This document shows, in pieces, positions 8,819 through 22,791 of a DNA stretch of 48,679 nucleotides. The notes below the pieces were generated by a model, which was given only the letters and a program-made list of their open reading frames with translations, made no database searches and had not been told where the DNA came from. The translations under genes were made by a program, and so were the position numbers. The number at the start of each line of letters is the position of its first letter. Position 1 is the first letter of the stretch. This DNA is from Chloroflexota bacterium. GTDB taxonomy: Bacteria; Chloroflexota; Limnocylindria; QHBO01. Where the stretch lies: NCBI GenBank assembly GCA_013694795.1, contig JACDBS010000117.1, positions 1-48,679 of the forward strand. The letters are read 5' to 3'.

Positions 8819-11731
8819 GTGTCTGTCGCCGTTCAGTTTGGCTTTTCATCCCTTGCGCGCGGGCCGCGGCTGCTGGTCCTGGCCGCGCTGCTCTGGGCCG
8901 CGATGGTTCCCGTGGCGGGAGCACGTGCCGTGGACGGCACGCTCATCGAGCACCTGGTGGTCAGCGAGGTCGTGACCGGCGGTGCCAACGCCTCCGACGA
9001 GATCATCGAGATCCACAACCCGGCGTCTACGGCGCTCCCGCTCGAGGGCCTGGAGCTGATCTACGTCAGCGCCAGCGGCGCGACCATCACCCGTCGCGCG
9101 GCCTGGGCGCTGGGCGCGCCCGTCGTGCAGCCGGGCGGCCACGTTCTGGTGGCGAACGAGGCGGGCATCTACGCCTCGGTCGCCGACGCGACCTACACGA
9201 GCGGCATGGCAGCCGCCGGGGGCAGCGTTGCGCTGCGGGTCCAGGGCGCGAGCACTGCGGTCGACGCCGTTGGCTGGGGAACGGCCGCCGGCACCTGGCG
9301 CGAGGGCACCAATGCCGTGGCACCTGCCGCCAGCGCGAGCATCGAGCGCCTGCCCGGAGGTCAGCTCGGCTCGACCCAGGACACCGATGACAACGTCGCC
9401 GACTTCGTCGAGCGGCCCCTGCCGGAACCGCAGAACCTCGGATCGCCGCCAACGCCGGCGCCCGGGGACCCATCGCCCACGCCCGCGCCCACGGACCCGC
9501 CTATTCCCACGCCCACGGCGACGCTGGCTCCCACGCCGGCGAGCTCGCCGACCGTTGAGCCCACGGTCAGCCCGAGTCCGTCAGCCACCCCGGCGCCCAT
9601 CACGCTCGCCGCCGCGCGGGCCGCGCTTGACGGCGCGGTCGTCACCGTGGAAGGCACGGCGCTCACGGCGTCTACCTTCCACGATGGCGGTGGCTTCCTG
9701 GCCGATGCATCCGGGGGCATCGCGGTCCTCCTCGACGAGGGATCCTTCGCGCGCGGCGACCTGCTGCGCGTCACGGGCATCGTCGACGATCGGTTCTCGC
9801 AACGCACCATCCGCGCGGGTGGGCCCGATGTGGTGTTGCTCGGTGCGGGCGTCGAGACCGCAGCCCTGACCCTTTCGACCGGTGCTGTCAACGAGTCGAG
9901 CGAGGGCGGCCTCGTGCGCATCGCCGGCTTCATCGTCGGCAGCCCGACGACGCTGACGACCGGGATCGCGTTCGATATCGACGACGGCACAGGCTCCGCG
10001 CGTGTCATCGTGCCGACCGAATCGGGGATCGACCTGGCCGCGTGGACGTCGGGCATGCGTGTCGACCTCGTTGGTGTTTCGGGCCAGCGTGACTCCACCG
10101 GGACCGGGGCTGAGGGCTACCGGGTCATGCCACGCGATGCGAACGACGTGATGGAGGTCGGCGGGCCAACGGCTTCGCCGACACCGGGCTCATCCGCCTC
10201 CCCGACGCCTGTGCCGACGGCCACTCCCGCAGACCCCGGAGGAATCGTGTCGATCAGCGACGCGCGAACCGCGCCGAAGAACGCCCGCCTCCGGGTGCGT
10301 GGCGTCGTGACGCTGGCGCCCGGGACCGTGGATCCCGCCACGGCCGCCATCCAGGACACGACCGGTGCCATTGTCCTGCGCCTGGGCGACGACGTCGGCT
10401 CGCTGGGCCTCGGGGAGCGAATCGAGGTCGCCGGAACTCGCTCGACGAAGGGTGGCATGGAGACGCTGCGCGTGACCGAGGTCCCGCTGCAGCTCGGGAT
10501 GGCCGCGGAGCCGGCGCCGCGCCCCATCCACACGGGCGAGGCGGGAGAGTCCCACGAGGCGGTGCTGGTCGTCGCGCGCGGGGCGCTCGTTGCCTCTGCT
10601 CGCCGCGCGTCAAGCGGGACCGTCTCGTTCGAGATCGACGACGGCTCCGGGCCACTGCGCGTCAGCCTCGACTCGTCGCTGGAGGCCGACGACGCTTCGC
10701 TGACGGCGGGAAGCTGGGTCGAGGTGCGGGGGATCCTCGGACAGGAGACGACCGGCGCGCAGCCGATGCGGGGCTATCGCATCTGGCCGCGCGCGGTGAC
10801 TGACCTCCACATCGTCGCGGCAGCTTCGGACCCCGCAGCGAAGGAAGGCCCGGCGACCGAGGCCGCGCTGGAATCGGCCGACGAAGAAGGCACGCCAGCG
10901 GGATCGCTGGTGGAGGTCGGAGGTGCCGACCTGTCCGCTCTGCGCGTCGGAGCGACGCTGGTGGCCGGTCCGTGGGAGGAGCTCGCCGTCGGCGGCATCC
11001 TGTGGGACGGGGCGCGCCTCGTGGCCATCGACCCCGGATCGTCCGCGCTGGTGACGGCGATCACCGCGCTGCGGCCTGTGCCGGTTGCCGTCGAGCTCGG
11101 CGGACTACGCACGGTCGGAGGCGAGCCACTCGCCAACATACCCCTCGTGGCCCTGGGCACCGAGCCCGGCGACATGGTGCCCGCCGAGGGACTGCCCGTC
11201 GCGCCGCTCTCGACGCTTTCAGGCGCCGAACGAAACCCGCTGTGGGTGTCGCTGGTCGGACGGCTCGTGGACGGGGGCCGCTCCCTCGTTGTTGCCGGCC
11301 GCAGCGTGCCCATCGAGGCTCGATGCGACGAAACCCCGCACCCGGCGACCGGAGTCGTCGGTGTCACGGGAATCGCGGCCGGAGACCCGGTTCGGCTCAT
11401 CGCGCCGTGTGGCGGCATCCGCGCCGCTCCCGCGGTGAGCCGATCGGGCGCCTCGCGCGCGGAGGCGGCTCCCGCCTTGGGTGAGAGCCTCGCGGCGACC
11501 GTGGCGCTGAGCGCACGCGGCGACAATGATCCACGGCGCACGGCTGTGGCGGGACTCTTCGCGGTCGGCGCGCTCATGCTTGCCGCAGCCGTCCTGGCGA
11601 GGCGCCGCCTGGAGCCGGATCCCGCCGACGCGGTGGCCGAGAGGATGAGCGAGGACGCAGCGCAAGAGGCGGAGGCTCCCGGTATGCCTCACCTCACGCT
11701 CGTCCGCGTGCCGCGCGAACGCGGCCCGTGA
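8819..11731 (+). CDS. lamin-tail-domain (LTD) surface protein with duplicated OB-like modules and C-terminal TM anchor
   Basis: 970 aa with a signal-like N-terminus. LTD signature: LVVSEVVTGGANASDEIIEIHNP...LEL...ASIER. Pro/Thr/Ser linkers. Two copies of a two-module unit (aa 261-445 and 476-664). C-terminal TM VAGLFAVGALMLAAAVLA followed by a charged tail. Confidence 0.75.
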   Translation: MSVAVQFGFSSLARGPRLLVLAALLWAAMVPVAGARAVDGTLIEHLVVSEVVTGGANASDEIIEIHNPASTALPLEGLELIYVSASGATITRRAAWALGAPVVQPGGHVLVANEAGIYASVADATYTSGMAAAGGSVALRVQGASTAVDAVGWGTAAGTWREGTNAVAPAASASIERLPGGQLGSTQDTDDNVADFVERPLPEPQNLGSPPTPAPGDPSPTPAPTDPPIPTPTATLAPTPASSPTVEPTVSPSPSATPAPITLAAARAALDGAVVTVEGTALTASTFHDGGGFLADASGGIAVLLDEGSFARGDLLRVTGIVDDRFSQRTIRAGGPDVVLLGAGVETAALTLSTGAVNESSEGGLVRIAGFIVGSPTTLTTGIAFDIDDGTGSARVIVPTESGIDLAAWTSGMRVDLVGVSGQRDSTGTGAEGYRVMPRDANDVMEVGGPTASPTPGSSASPTPVPTATPADPGGIVSISDARTAPKNARLRVRGVVTLAPGTVDPATAAIQDTTGAIVLRLGDDVGSLGLGERIEVAGTRSTKGGMETLRVTEVPLQLGMAAEPAPRPIHTGEAGESHEAVLVVARGALVASARRASSGTVSFEIDDGSGPLRVSLDSSLEADDASLTAGSWVEVRGILGQETTGAQPMRGYRIWPRAVTDLHIVAAASDPAAKEGPATEAALESADEEGTPAGSLVEVGGADLSALRVGATLVAGPWEELAVGGILWDGARLVAIDPGSSALVTAITALRPVPVAVELGGLRTVGGEPLANIPLVALGTEPGDMVPAEGLPVAPLSTLSGAERNPLWVSLVGRLVDGGRSLVVAGRSVPIEARCDETPHPATGVVGVTGIAAGDPVRLIAPCGGIRAAPAVSRSGASRAEAAPALGESLAATVALSARGDNDPRRTAVAGLFAVGALMLAAAVLARRRLEPDPADAVAERMSEDAAQEAEAPGMPHLTLVRVPRERGP

Positions 11732-11737
11732 GCACGA

Positions 11738-12685
11738 ATGCGGCGTATACTCCCGCGCGTTCGACGACCGAGCACGAGGAGCACGCATGAGGGCGCCGCA
11801 GTTTTGAGCAGCTTGACCCAGGCGGATGCGCCGCGCAGCGGGGAGCGTCAGTACCACATCGGTCTCGAGCGTGGCGAGCTCAGCGAGTACGTCCTGCTGG
11901 TGGGCGACCCCGGCCGGGTCGCGAGGGTCGCATCACGCTGGGAATCGGTCGAGCTTGAGCGGAGCAATCGCGAGATCACCACCGCGACCGGGAGCTACGA
12001 AGGCATGCGCATCAGCTGCATGTCAACCGGAATGGGCACCGATAACGTCGAGATCGTGATGGCCGAGGTGATGGAGATCACCGATGCTGCCACGTTCATC
12101 CGCGTCGGATCGTCCGGTGCGCTCCAGCCGGAGATCGCGCTCGGTGACCTGATCGTGTCCACCGGGGCGGTGCGCCTGGAGAACACCACCGACTTCTACG
12201 TCCATCCAGGATTCCCCGCCGTCGCCCATCGAGACGTGGTCTGGGCCCTCGAACAGGCCTGCCGCGACATGGGCCTCACCCATCACGTTGGGCTGACCGC
12301 GACGGCGAGCGGGTTCTACGCTCCGCAGGGACGGCAGATGCGCACGCTCCCGGTTCGCTATCCTGAGCTCGCAGACGAGCTTCGCCGCCAGCGTGTGGCG
12401 AATCTCGAGATGGAGTCGTCGGCACTCTTTGTGCTGGCTCATCTTGCGGGACTGCGGTCCGGAACGGTCTGCGCGGCCTACGCGCAACGTACGGACGGCA
12501 CGTTCCTCGAAGGCGCGGCAAAGGAGGCCGCGGAGGCGCGCTGCATCGATGCCGGACTGGCCGGCATCCACCTGCTGTGGCAGGTCGACACCGACGGCGG
12601 AGACACGCTTGCCCGCCGCGGAGCACTGATCGATCGGTCGGCGGGTAGTTCACAACCACTGTCCGGCGACGATGCCGGCCACTAG
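11738..12685 (+). CDS. nucleoside phosphorylase (uridine/purine nucleoside phosphorylase family)
   Basis: PNP_UDP_1-like sequence: YHIGL...VLLVGDPGRVARVA...MSTGMGTDNVEIVMAE...RVGSSGAL...EMESSALFVLA. The exact start is uncertain. Confidence 0.8.
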   Translation: MRRILPRVRRPSTRSTHEGAAVLSSLTQADAPRSGERQYHIGLERGELSEYVLLVGDPGRVARVASRWESVELERSNREITTATGSYEGMRISCMSTGMGTDNVEIVMAEVMEITDAATFIRVGSSGALQPEIALGDLIVSTGAVRLENTTDFYVHPGFPAVAHRDVVWALEQACRDMGLTHHVGLTATASGFYAPQGRQMRTLPVRYPELADELRRQRVANLEMESSALFVLAHLAGLRSGTVCAAYAQRTDGTFLEGAAKEAAEARCIDAGLAGIHLLWQVDTDGGDTLARRGALIDRSAGSSQPLSGDDAGH

Positions 12686-12701
12686 GGAGGCATGACCACC
12701 A

Positions 12702-12845
12702 ATGGCGACCGAGGCCTATTGCGTCAAGTGCAAGGCGAAGCGCGAAATGAGCAACGCCACCAAGATCACCATGAAGAATGGCAAGCCGGCGACCCAGGGC
12801 ACGTGCCCGGTATGCGGCACGAAGATGTTCAGGATCGGCGGCTGA
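12702..12845 (+). CDS. 47-aa zinc-ribbon protein (DUF5679-like); not in the ORF track
   Basis: Read directly from the sequence: MATEAYCVKCKAKREMSNATKITMKNGKPATQGTCPVCGTKMFRIGG. CxxC...CxxC pattern. SD gggagg at 12685-12690. A strong terminator hairpin follows. Confidence 0.75.
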   Translation: MATEAYCVKCKAKREMSNATKITMKNGKPATQGTCPVCGTKMFRIGG

Positions 12846-12868
12846 CGCCTCCGCATCTTTGACAGCGC

Positions 12869-12899
12869 GAAGGCGCGCCGGCCCAGTCGGCGCGCCTTC
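12869..12899 (+). terminator. intrinsic terminator hairpin after the zinc-ribbon ORF
   Basis: GAAGGCGCGCCG-gcccagt-CGGCGCGCCTTC: perfect 12-bp stem with a 7-nt loop, followed by TTGCTGG. Confidence 0.65.
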
Positions 12900-12941
12900 T
12901 TGCTGGCCGTCGAGCGTCCGAAGGCACCGGTCGCGGCTAGA

Positions 12942-13997
12942 ATGGCGGCCGTGCAGAGCTCAGCCGAACGGCCGGTCCTGGCGGTCGACCTCGGCGGCAC
13001 ACAGATCCGCGCAGCCCTGATCACCCCCGACCTGGCCGTCCACTGCCGCCGCGCGGTCCCGACCCATGACGAGGAGGGGGTGGAGGCGGTGCTGGCGCGC
13101 ATCTTCGGATTAGCCGCCGCGGTGCGCGACGATGCCGTCGCTGAAGGACTTCCGGCGCCGGCCGGGGTCGGCATCTCTTCGCCCGGTCCGCTTGACCCGT
13201 GGCGCGGCGTGGTCGTGGCGCCTCCCAACCTTGCGGGTTGGACGAACGTCCCGATCGTCGCGCGGGTAGGTGAGGCGCTCGATATGCCGACCTTTCTCGA
13301 GCGCGACACGAACGTGGCGGTCATGTGCGAATGGCGGTACGGTGCCGCGCGCGGGGCGCGCAATGCGATCTACATCACGGTCTCCACCGGCGTCGGTGGC
13401 GGCGTCATCATCGACGGTCGACCCCTCCTGGGCGCCGATGGCACGGCAGGCGAGGTGGGTCACATAACGATCGAGCTGGACGGGCCTCGCTGCGGCTGCG
13501 GCGGGATCGGGCACGTGGAGGCCATCGCGTCGGGCACCGCGATTGCACGAGACGCCCGGGCCATGCTGGCGGATGCCGTCGATTCGCCGCTGGCGCGGTT
13601 GGCAGCATCGGGCGAAGTGGTGGATGCCGCGCTCGTGGCGCGCGCCGCAGCCGGTGGCGACCGGGCCTGCGTGGCGCTGCTGGAGAGGGCATTCGTCGCC
13701 ATCGGTGCACTGTGCGGCTCGCTCGTGAACCTGCTCGACCCGGAGGTGATCGTCATCGGCGGCAGCATCGCGGAGCACCAGCCTCGCCTGTTCGAGATCG
13801 TCCGAAGCGAGCTGGAGCGGCGGGCCTTCCCGATCCTCCTCGACCGCGTTCGCATTGAACCAGCCACGCTGGGCGGCGACGTCTCGTTGATCGGCGCGCT
13901 GCCGATCGTGAATGACCGCATCGGCGACCCGACGTATGAGACTGGGTCGCATCGGCCGCCGACGGCGGCCCCGCAGCAAGGAGCTACCCGACCGTGA
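12942..13997 (+). CDS. ROK-family sugar kinase (glucokinase-like)
   Basis: N-terminal ATP motif [17 protein letters not shown] region [25 protein letters not shown] with a CxCG zinc motif. Start is ambiguous (12900, 12942 or GTG 12951). The stop overlaps the gap start (GTGA). Confidence 0.8.
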   Translation: MAAVQSSAERPVLAVDLGGTQIRAALITPDLAVHCRRAVPTHDEEGVEAVLARIFGLAAAVRDDAVAEGLPAPAGVGISSPGPLDPWRGVVVAPPNLAGWTNVPIVARVGEALDMPTFLERDTNVAVMCEWRYGAARGARNAIYITVSTGVGGGVIIDGRPLLGADGTAGEVGHITIELDGPRCGCGGIGHVEAIASGTAIARDARAMLADAVDSPLARLAASGEVVDAALVARAAAGGDRACVALLERAFVAIGALCGSLVNLLDPEVIVIGGSIAEHQPRLFEIVRSELERRAFPILLDRVRIEPATLGGDVSLIGALPIVNDRIGDPTYETGSHRPPTAAPQQGATRP

Positions 13998-15004
13998 CGA
14001 CCCGTATCGGCATCAACGGCTTCGGCCGCATCGGCCGCCAGACCCTCAAGGCCATCCTGGAGCGTCATCCCGACGCGCTCGATGTGGTCGCCCTCAACGA
14101 CCTGGCGCCGACTGCCACCAATGCCCACCTGTTCACGTACGACTCCACCTACGGCCGCTTTCAGGGCGAGGTGACCGCCGGCGAGGGCACCATCACCGTC
14201 AACGGCCACGAGATCCGCGCCTTCAGCGAGAAGGATCCGGCCGCGCTGCCATGGAAGGACCTCGGCGTCGACATCGTTGTCGAGTCGACCGGGATCTTCA
14301 CCGATGCCACCAAGGCCGCGGCCCATCGCGACGCTGGTGCGCGGAAGGTCATCATCTCGGCCCCGGCCAAGAACGAGGACGTCACCCTGGTCCTCGGCGT
14401 GAACGAGGACCGATACGACCCGGAGCGGCACCACATCGTGAGCAATGCGAGCTGCACGACCAATGGGCTGGCCCTGCCGGCCAAGGTGATCTTCGACACC
14501 TTCGGGATCGAGCACGGGCTGATGACGACGATCCACAGCTATACGAACGATCAGAACGTGCTGGATGTGTTCCACCCTGATTTACGCCGAGCGCGGAGCG
14601 CCGGCCAGAACATCATCCCCACCTCCACCGGCGCCGCGCGCGCATTGGCCCTCGTCATCCCGGAGCTGAAGGGCAAGTTCGATGGCTTCTCGCTGCGCGT
14701 ACCGACACCGACGGTGAGCGTGATTGATTTCGTGGCCATCACCGAGAAGCCGGTCAGCGCGGAGTCGGCCAACGCGGCGCTGCGGGCGGCGGCCGACGGA
14801 CCGATGAAGGGGCTGCTGGGCTACACCGACGAAGAGCTGGTGAGCATGGACTTCAAGGGCGACGATCGCTCGAGCATCATCGACGCCGCCTCGACCATGG
14901 TCACCGGCGACCGCATGCTGAAGGTGATCGCGTGGTACGACAACGAATGGGGCTATTCCTGCCGAGTCGCCGACCTCGCCGCCTTCATGGCCCAGCGGCT
15001 CTAG
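13994..15004 (+). CDS. gap: glyceraldehyde-3-phosphate dehydrogenase
   Basis: [11 protein letters not shown] Rossmann motif, catalytic [11 protein letters not shown], and C-terminal WYDNEWGYS. Confidence 0.95.
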   Translation: MTTRIGINGFGRIGRQTLKAILERHPDALDVVALNDLAPTATNAHLFTYDSTYGRFQGEVTAGEGTITVNGHEIRAFSEKDPAALPWKDLGVDIVVESTGIFTDATKAAAHRDAGARKVIISAPAKNEDVTLVLGVNEDRYDPERHHIVSNASCTTNGLALPAKVIFDTFGIEHGLMTTIHSYTNDQNVLDVFHPDLRRARSAGQNIIPTSTGAARALALVIPELKGKFDGFSLRVPTPTVSVIDFVAITEKPVSAESANAALRAAADGPMKGLLGYTDEELVSMDFKGDDRSSIIDAASTMVTGDRMLKVIAWYDNEWGYSCRVADLAAFMAQRL

Positions 15005-15013
15005 GGGTTGCCG

Positions 15014-17535
<2,522 letters not shown>

Positions 17536-17545
17536 ACGCCGCCCC

Positions 17546-18319
17546 ATGGCCGATGAGCACGAGCCGAGTGAGCCCGTGGCGCGCAATCGCGCCTTCTGGG
17601 ACGGCTACTCCGACACCTACCAGGCCGATCACGGCCCGCAACTGGCCGTGCACGGCGCGGCATGGGGCGTGTGGCAGATCCCCGAGGACGACCTGCGCAT
17701 CCTCGGGGACGTCGCTGGTCTCGATGTCCTGGAGCTTGGCTGCGGCGCCGCACAGTGGTCGATCGCGCTGGCCAAACGTGGGGCGCGTGCCATTGGCCTC
17801 GACCTGTCGTTGCGGCAGCTTGAGCACGCGGCGCGGCTCATGGATGAAGCGGACGTCGACATTCCCCTGATCCACGCCAGCGCGGAGGCGGTCCCGCTGC
17901 CCGACGCGAGCCTGGACATCATCTTCTGCGATCACGGAGCCATGGTCTTCGCCGATCCGCACGTGACGGTCCCGGAGTCCGCTCGGCTGCTCCGAGACGG
18001 CGGCCTGCTCGCCTTCAGCATGCACACCCCGATCGCGGAGGCATGCTGGCCGGCGGGCAGCGACGGGCCGGTCGAGCGGCTGTCCAACGTGTACTTCGGC
18101 ATGCACCAGGTCGACCTGGGAGACTCAGACCACGCCGAATTCCAGCTGCCTTACGGCGAGTGGATTCGGCTGTTCGGGCGCAACGGCTTCGTCGTCGAGG
18201 ATCTTGTCGAGCTTCAGCCGTCCGCGGCAGCGACCAGCACGTACTACGACGAGCCAACTCGCGAGTGGGCGCGCGGCTGGCCCTTGGAGCACATCTGGAA
18301 GGTGCGCCGGCGCTGGTAG
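17546..18319 (+). CDS. class I SAM-dependent methyltransferase
   Basis: Start at internal ATG 17546 (MADEHEPS...). Motif I: VLELGCGAAQWS. The part of the track ORF upstream of 17546 overlaps eno out of frame. Confidence 0.75.
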   Translation: MADEHEPSEPVARNRAFWDGYSDTYQADHGPQLAVHGAAWGVWQIPEDDLRILGDVAGLDVLELGCGAAQWSIALAKRGARAIGLDLSLRQLEHAARLMDEADVDIPLIHASAEAVPLPDASLDIIFCDHGAMVFADPHVTVPESARLLRDGGLLAFSMHTPIAEACWPAGSDGPVERLSNVYFGMHQVDLGDSDHAEFQLPYGEWIRLFGRNGFVVEDLVELQPSAAATSTYYDEPTREWARGWPLEHIWKVRRRW

Positions 18320-18322
18320 GCG

Positions 18323-18856
18323 TTAGCCCTCGGAGCTGTCGCCCTCGCTGCTGCTCTTCGCGCGCCGCCGCGCCGCGGCAGCATCTCGGCTGGCGCGGGT
18401 GACCGCGACCTTCGCCTTGCCTGCAGCGGTACGCGGCCGATCGGCTGCCTTGCCGGCCGCCGCCTTCGACGCCTTGGATGCCGCGACCTTCTTGCGCTGC
18501 GCCGTCTTGCTGGCCGTGGTGCGCTTCCTGGCGGCGCTCGGTGTGGTGGCCTCGGCGCCGTCGAGCAGGTGCGCGGCGTTGACCTTTGTCATCAGCCGGC
18601 TCTTGCGGCGCGCCGCATTGTTCGGGTGAATGATGCCCTTCTCGGCGGCCTTGTCGAGGGCGGTGATTGCGGCGGTCACGGCCTCGCGGCCATCACCGTC
18701 GGCCCGGCCGAGGGCGATGTCCGAGGCCTGCTGCACGAGCGTCTTCGCATCGCTTCGCGTGCGGCGGTTCACCGCGCGCCGGCGGAGTGACTGACGCACG
18801 CGCTTCAGGGCGGAGGGAGTGCGCGCACCCTTCCAGGTTCGGGCCGTTCTTGCCAC
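18323..18856 (-). CDS. rpsT: 30S ribosomal protein S20 with long Lys/Ala-rich C-terminal extension
   Basis: S20 core: SALKRVRQSLRRRAVNRRTRS...LDKAAEKGIIHPNNAARRKSRL. GTG start with GAGG seven nt upstream. About 80 extra residues rich in A, K, R, S and T. Confidence 0.85.
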   Translation of the reverse strand: MARTARTWKGARTPSALKRVRQSLRRRAVNRRTRSDAKTLVQQASDIALGRADGDGREAVTAAITALDKAAEKGIIHPNNAARRKSRLMTKVNAAHLLDGAEATTPSAARKRTTASKTAQRKKVAASKASKAAAGKAADRPRTAAGKAKVAVTRASRDAAAARRRAKSSSEGDSSEG

Positions 18857-19002
18857 GTGGTGTCCTCAGCTCATGGGTTCTTCGGGACGGCAGGACGCCA
18901 CGCACGGTGGAGTGCCTGCGGAGCCGAGAGTATATCAGCCGACCGCCATATGGGCCATTCGACAGATGGGCCGCCAGCGGCGACAATCCACCGCGACCGC
19001 CC

Positions 19003-20928
19003 ATGACAACCGCCACGCTGCCGCGCCGCTTCATGCGCCCCATGGCCACCGCGCCCGCCCGTCGATCGATGTTCATCGGTTTCGGTGCGATGCTCGCGAT
19101 CGGCCTGCTCCTGCTGGTCGGCATCTCGGCCGCCATCGGCGTCTCCATCGGGTCGACGGCACTTCCGGGCGTGAGCGTGGGCGGCGTCAACATCAGTGGT
19201 CTGGATCGCGCGGCCGCAGCCGAACGCCTCGCCGCTCAGCTCCCGTCGCTTTCGAGCGGGAAGGCCGTGGTCAGCGTCAACGGCAGCGACGAGGTCGTGG
19301 CGTACTCTGACCTCGGCCGGGGCTACGAGATGGACGCCATGCTCGACGCGGCCTTCCGTGTCGGGCGCAGCGGGGACCCGATCGCCGACGGCATCGGCCG
19401 GATGAGGAGCCTTGTGCACGCCACCAGCCAGCCGCTGCTCGGGCACCCGTATGACGCCGATGCGCTCGCGCTCATCTCGACCGAGATCGCCGACCGTGTC
19501 AGTCATTGGCCCGTCGAGGCTGCCGTGATCCGCAATGGCACGGCGTTCAGCGTCCGTGCCTCCAAACCTGGGTACGTCCTCGAGGCCGCCTCCGTGCACG
19601 ACGCCCTCGCGACGGCTGTCGATTCCACCGATCCCGCGGATGTGCACCTTGCGCTGACGCCTGCGACCGTACCCCCGCTGGTGGACACGGCAACGGCGGA
19701 CGCCGCTGCGGCGGAGGCCGAGGGCATGGTCGCCGATCTGGAGCTCACCATCGCGGGAGCCACCGATGAGGAGCCGATCGCCATCACCGCCGAGACGATC
19801 GCGGCTTGGATCAGCTTCGGTCCGCAGGCGGAGGCCACGTACACCGCACGCATCGACGCCGCCGCCGTGACCGCCGCCGTGGAGGCGCTTGTCGACGACG
19901 TTAACCAGGACCCGGCCAACGCCGTCATCACGGTGGCCGCCGGCGGCGGCCTGGGCGGCGTGATCGGCGGCCAGGACGGACGGGAGCTGAACGTCGACGA
20001 GAGCGTAGCCGGCCTGCTGGGCGTGCTGAGAGAGCGCGCGGCGGGCGCCGGCGTCGCCTCGATGGGACTGGCCGTCAACATCATTCAGCCGTCACTCACC
20101 ACCGCGGAGGCGCAGGCCGCTTTGCCGCAGATGCGGATGATCTCGAGCTGGACCACCAACTACGTGCCGGGCGAAGGCAATGGCTTCGGCAACAACATCA
20201 ACATCGGGGCGCGCGACATCGACGGGCGCAACCTGTTGCCGGGCGAGTGGTTCAGCTTCTGGGGCAGCATCGGTCCGGTCACGGTGGAGCGTGGCTATCA
20301 GTACGGTGGCGTCATCATCGGCGGGCGCAGCGTGGCCGGCGGTGCCATCGGCGGTGGCATCTGCTCGACCTCGACGACCATCTTCAACGCCGCCCTGCGT
20401 GCCGGGCTCGAGATGGGCATCCGTGCGAATCACTACTACTACATCGATCGCTATCCGGACGGGCTCGACGCGACCGTCTACGCGGACGACAACTACGTCC
20501 AGGACATGACATTCCGCAACGACACGGGGAACGTGATCGTCATCCGCGGCTTCGGTGGCAACGGCTTCGTCACCTTCCAGCTGTGGAGCCTTCCCACCGG
20601 CCGCTCCGTTGTCATCACCGACCCGGTGACGAGCAACCACCGCGTCGCGATCGAGACGACCCAGGTGGATCCGAGCATGGCACCCGGGACGCGCAAGCGT
20701 GTCGAGTACCCGCACGATGGTCACGACGTGTCGCGGACGCGTTTCGTGTACGACGCGAACGGCAACGAGATCCATCGCAACACGTACTTCAGCTCGTACC
20801 GGACGGTGAACGGCATCAGCCTGGTTGGCCCGACGCCAGAGGCTCCTCCCCCTGCGGAGCCTCCGCCCGCGCCGGAGCCTCCACCGCCCGGTGCGGGCGA
20901 CGTTCCACCGCCGCCACCAGGGGGCTAG
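19003..20928 (+). CDS. VanW-family protein with N-terminal TM anchor and Pro-rich C-terminus
   Basis: Start at internal ATG 19003 (MTTATLPRRF...), followed by a TM helix. VanW core: LLPGEWFSFWGSIGPVT...GGGICSTSTTIFNAALRAGL...HYYYIDRYPDGLDATV. Tail: PPPAEPPPAPEPPPPG. Confidence 0.8.
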   Translation: MTTATLPRRFMRPMATAPARRSMFIGFGAMLAIGLLLLVGISAAIGVSIGSTALPGVSVGGVNISGLDRAAAAERLAAQLPSLSSGKAVVSVNGSDEVVAYSDLGRGYEMDAMLDAAFRVGRSGDPIADGIGRMRSLVHATSQPLLGHPYDADALALISTEIADRVSHWPVEAAVIRNGTAFSVRASKPGYVLEAASVHDALATAVDSTDPADVHLALTPATVPPLVDTATADAAAAEAEGMVADLELTIAGATDEEPIAITAETIAAWISFGPQAEATYTARIDAAAVTAAVEALVDDVNQDPANAVITVAAGGGLGGVIGGQDGRELNVDESVAGLLGVLRERAAGAGVASMGLAVNIIQPSLTTAEAQAALPQMRMISSWTTNYVPGEGNGFGNNINIGARDIDGRNLLPGEWFSFWGSIGPVTVERGYQYGGVIIGGRSVAGGAIGGGICSTSTTIFNAALRAGLEMGIRANHYYYIDRYPDGLDATVYADDNYVQDMTFRNDTGNVIVIRGFGGNGFVTFQLWSLPTGRSVVITDPVTSNHRVAIETTQVDPSMAPGTRKRVEYPHDGHDVSRTRFVYDANGNEIHRNTYFSSYRTVNGISLVGPTPEAPPPAEPPPAPEPPPPGAGDVPPPPPGG

Positions 20929-20979
20929 GCTCTGGAGGCGTCGCGGGTCTCCACGAGCCTCCGCTAGACTTCCGCCGGA

Positions 20980-22791
<1,812 letters not shown>

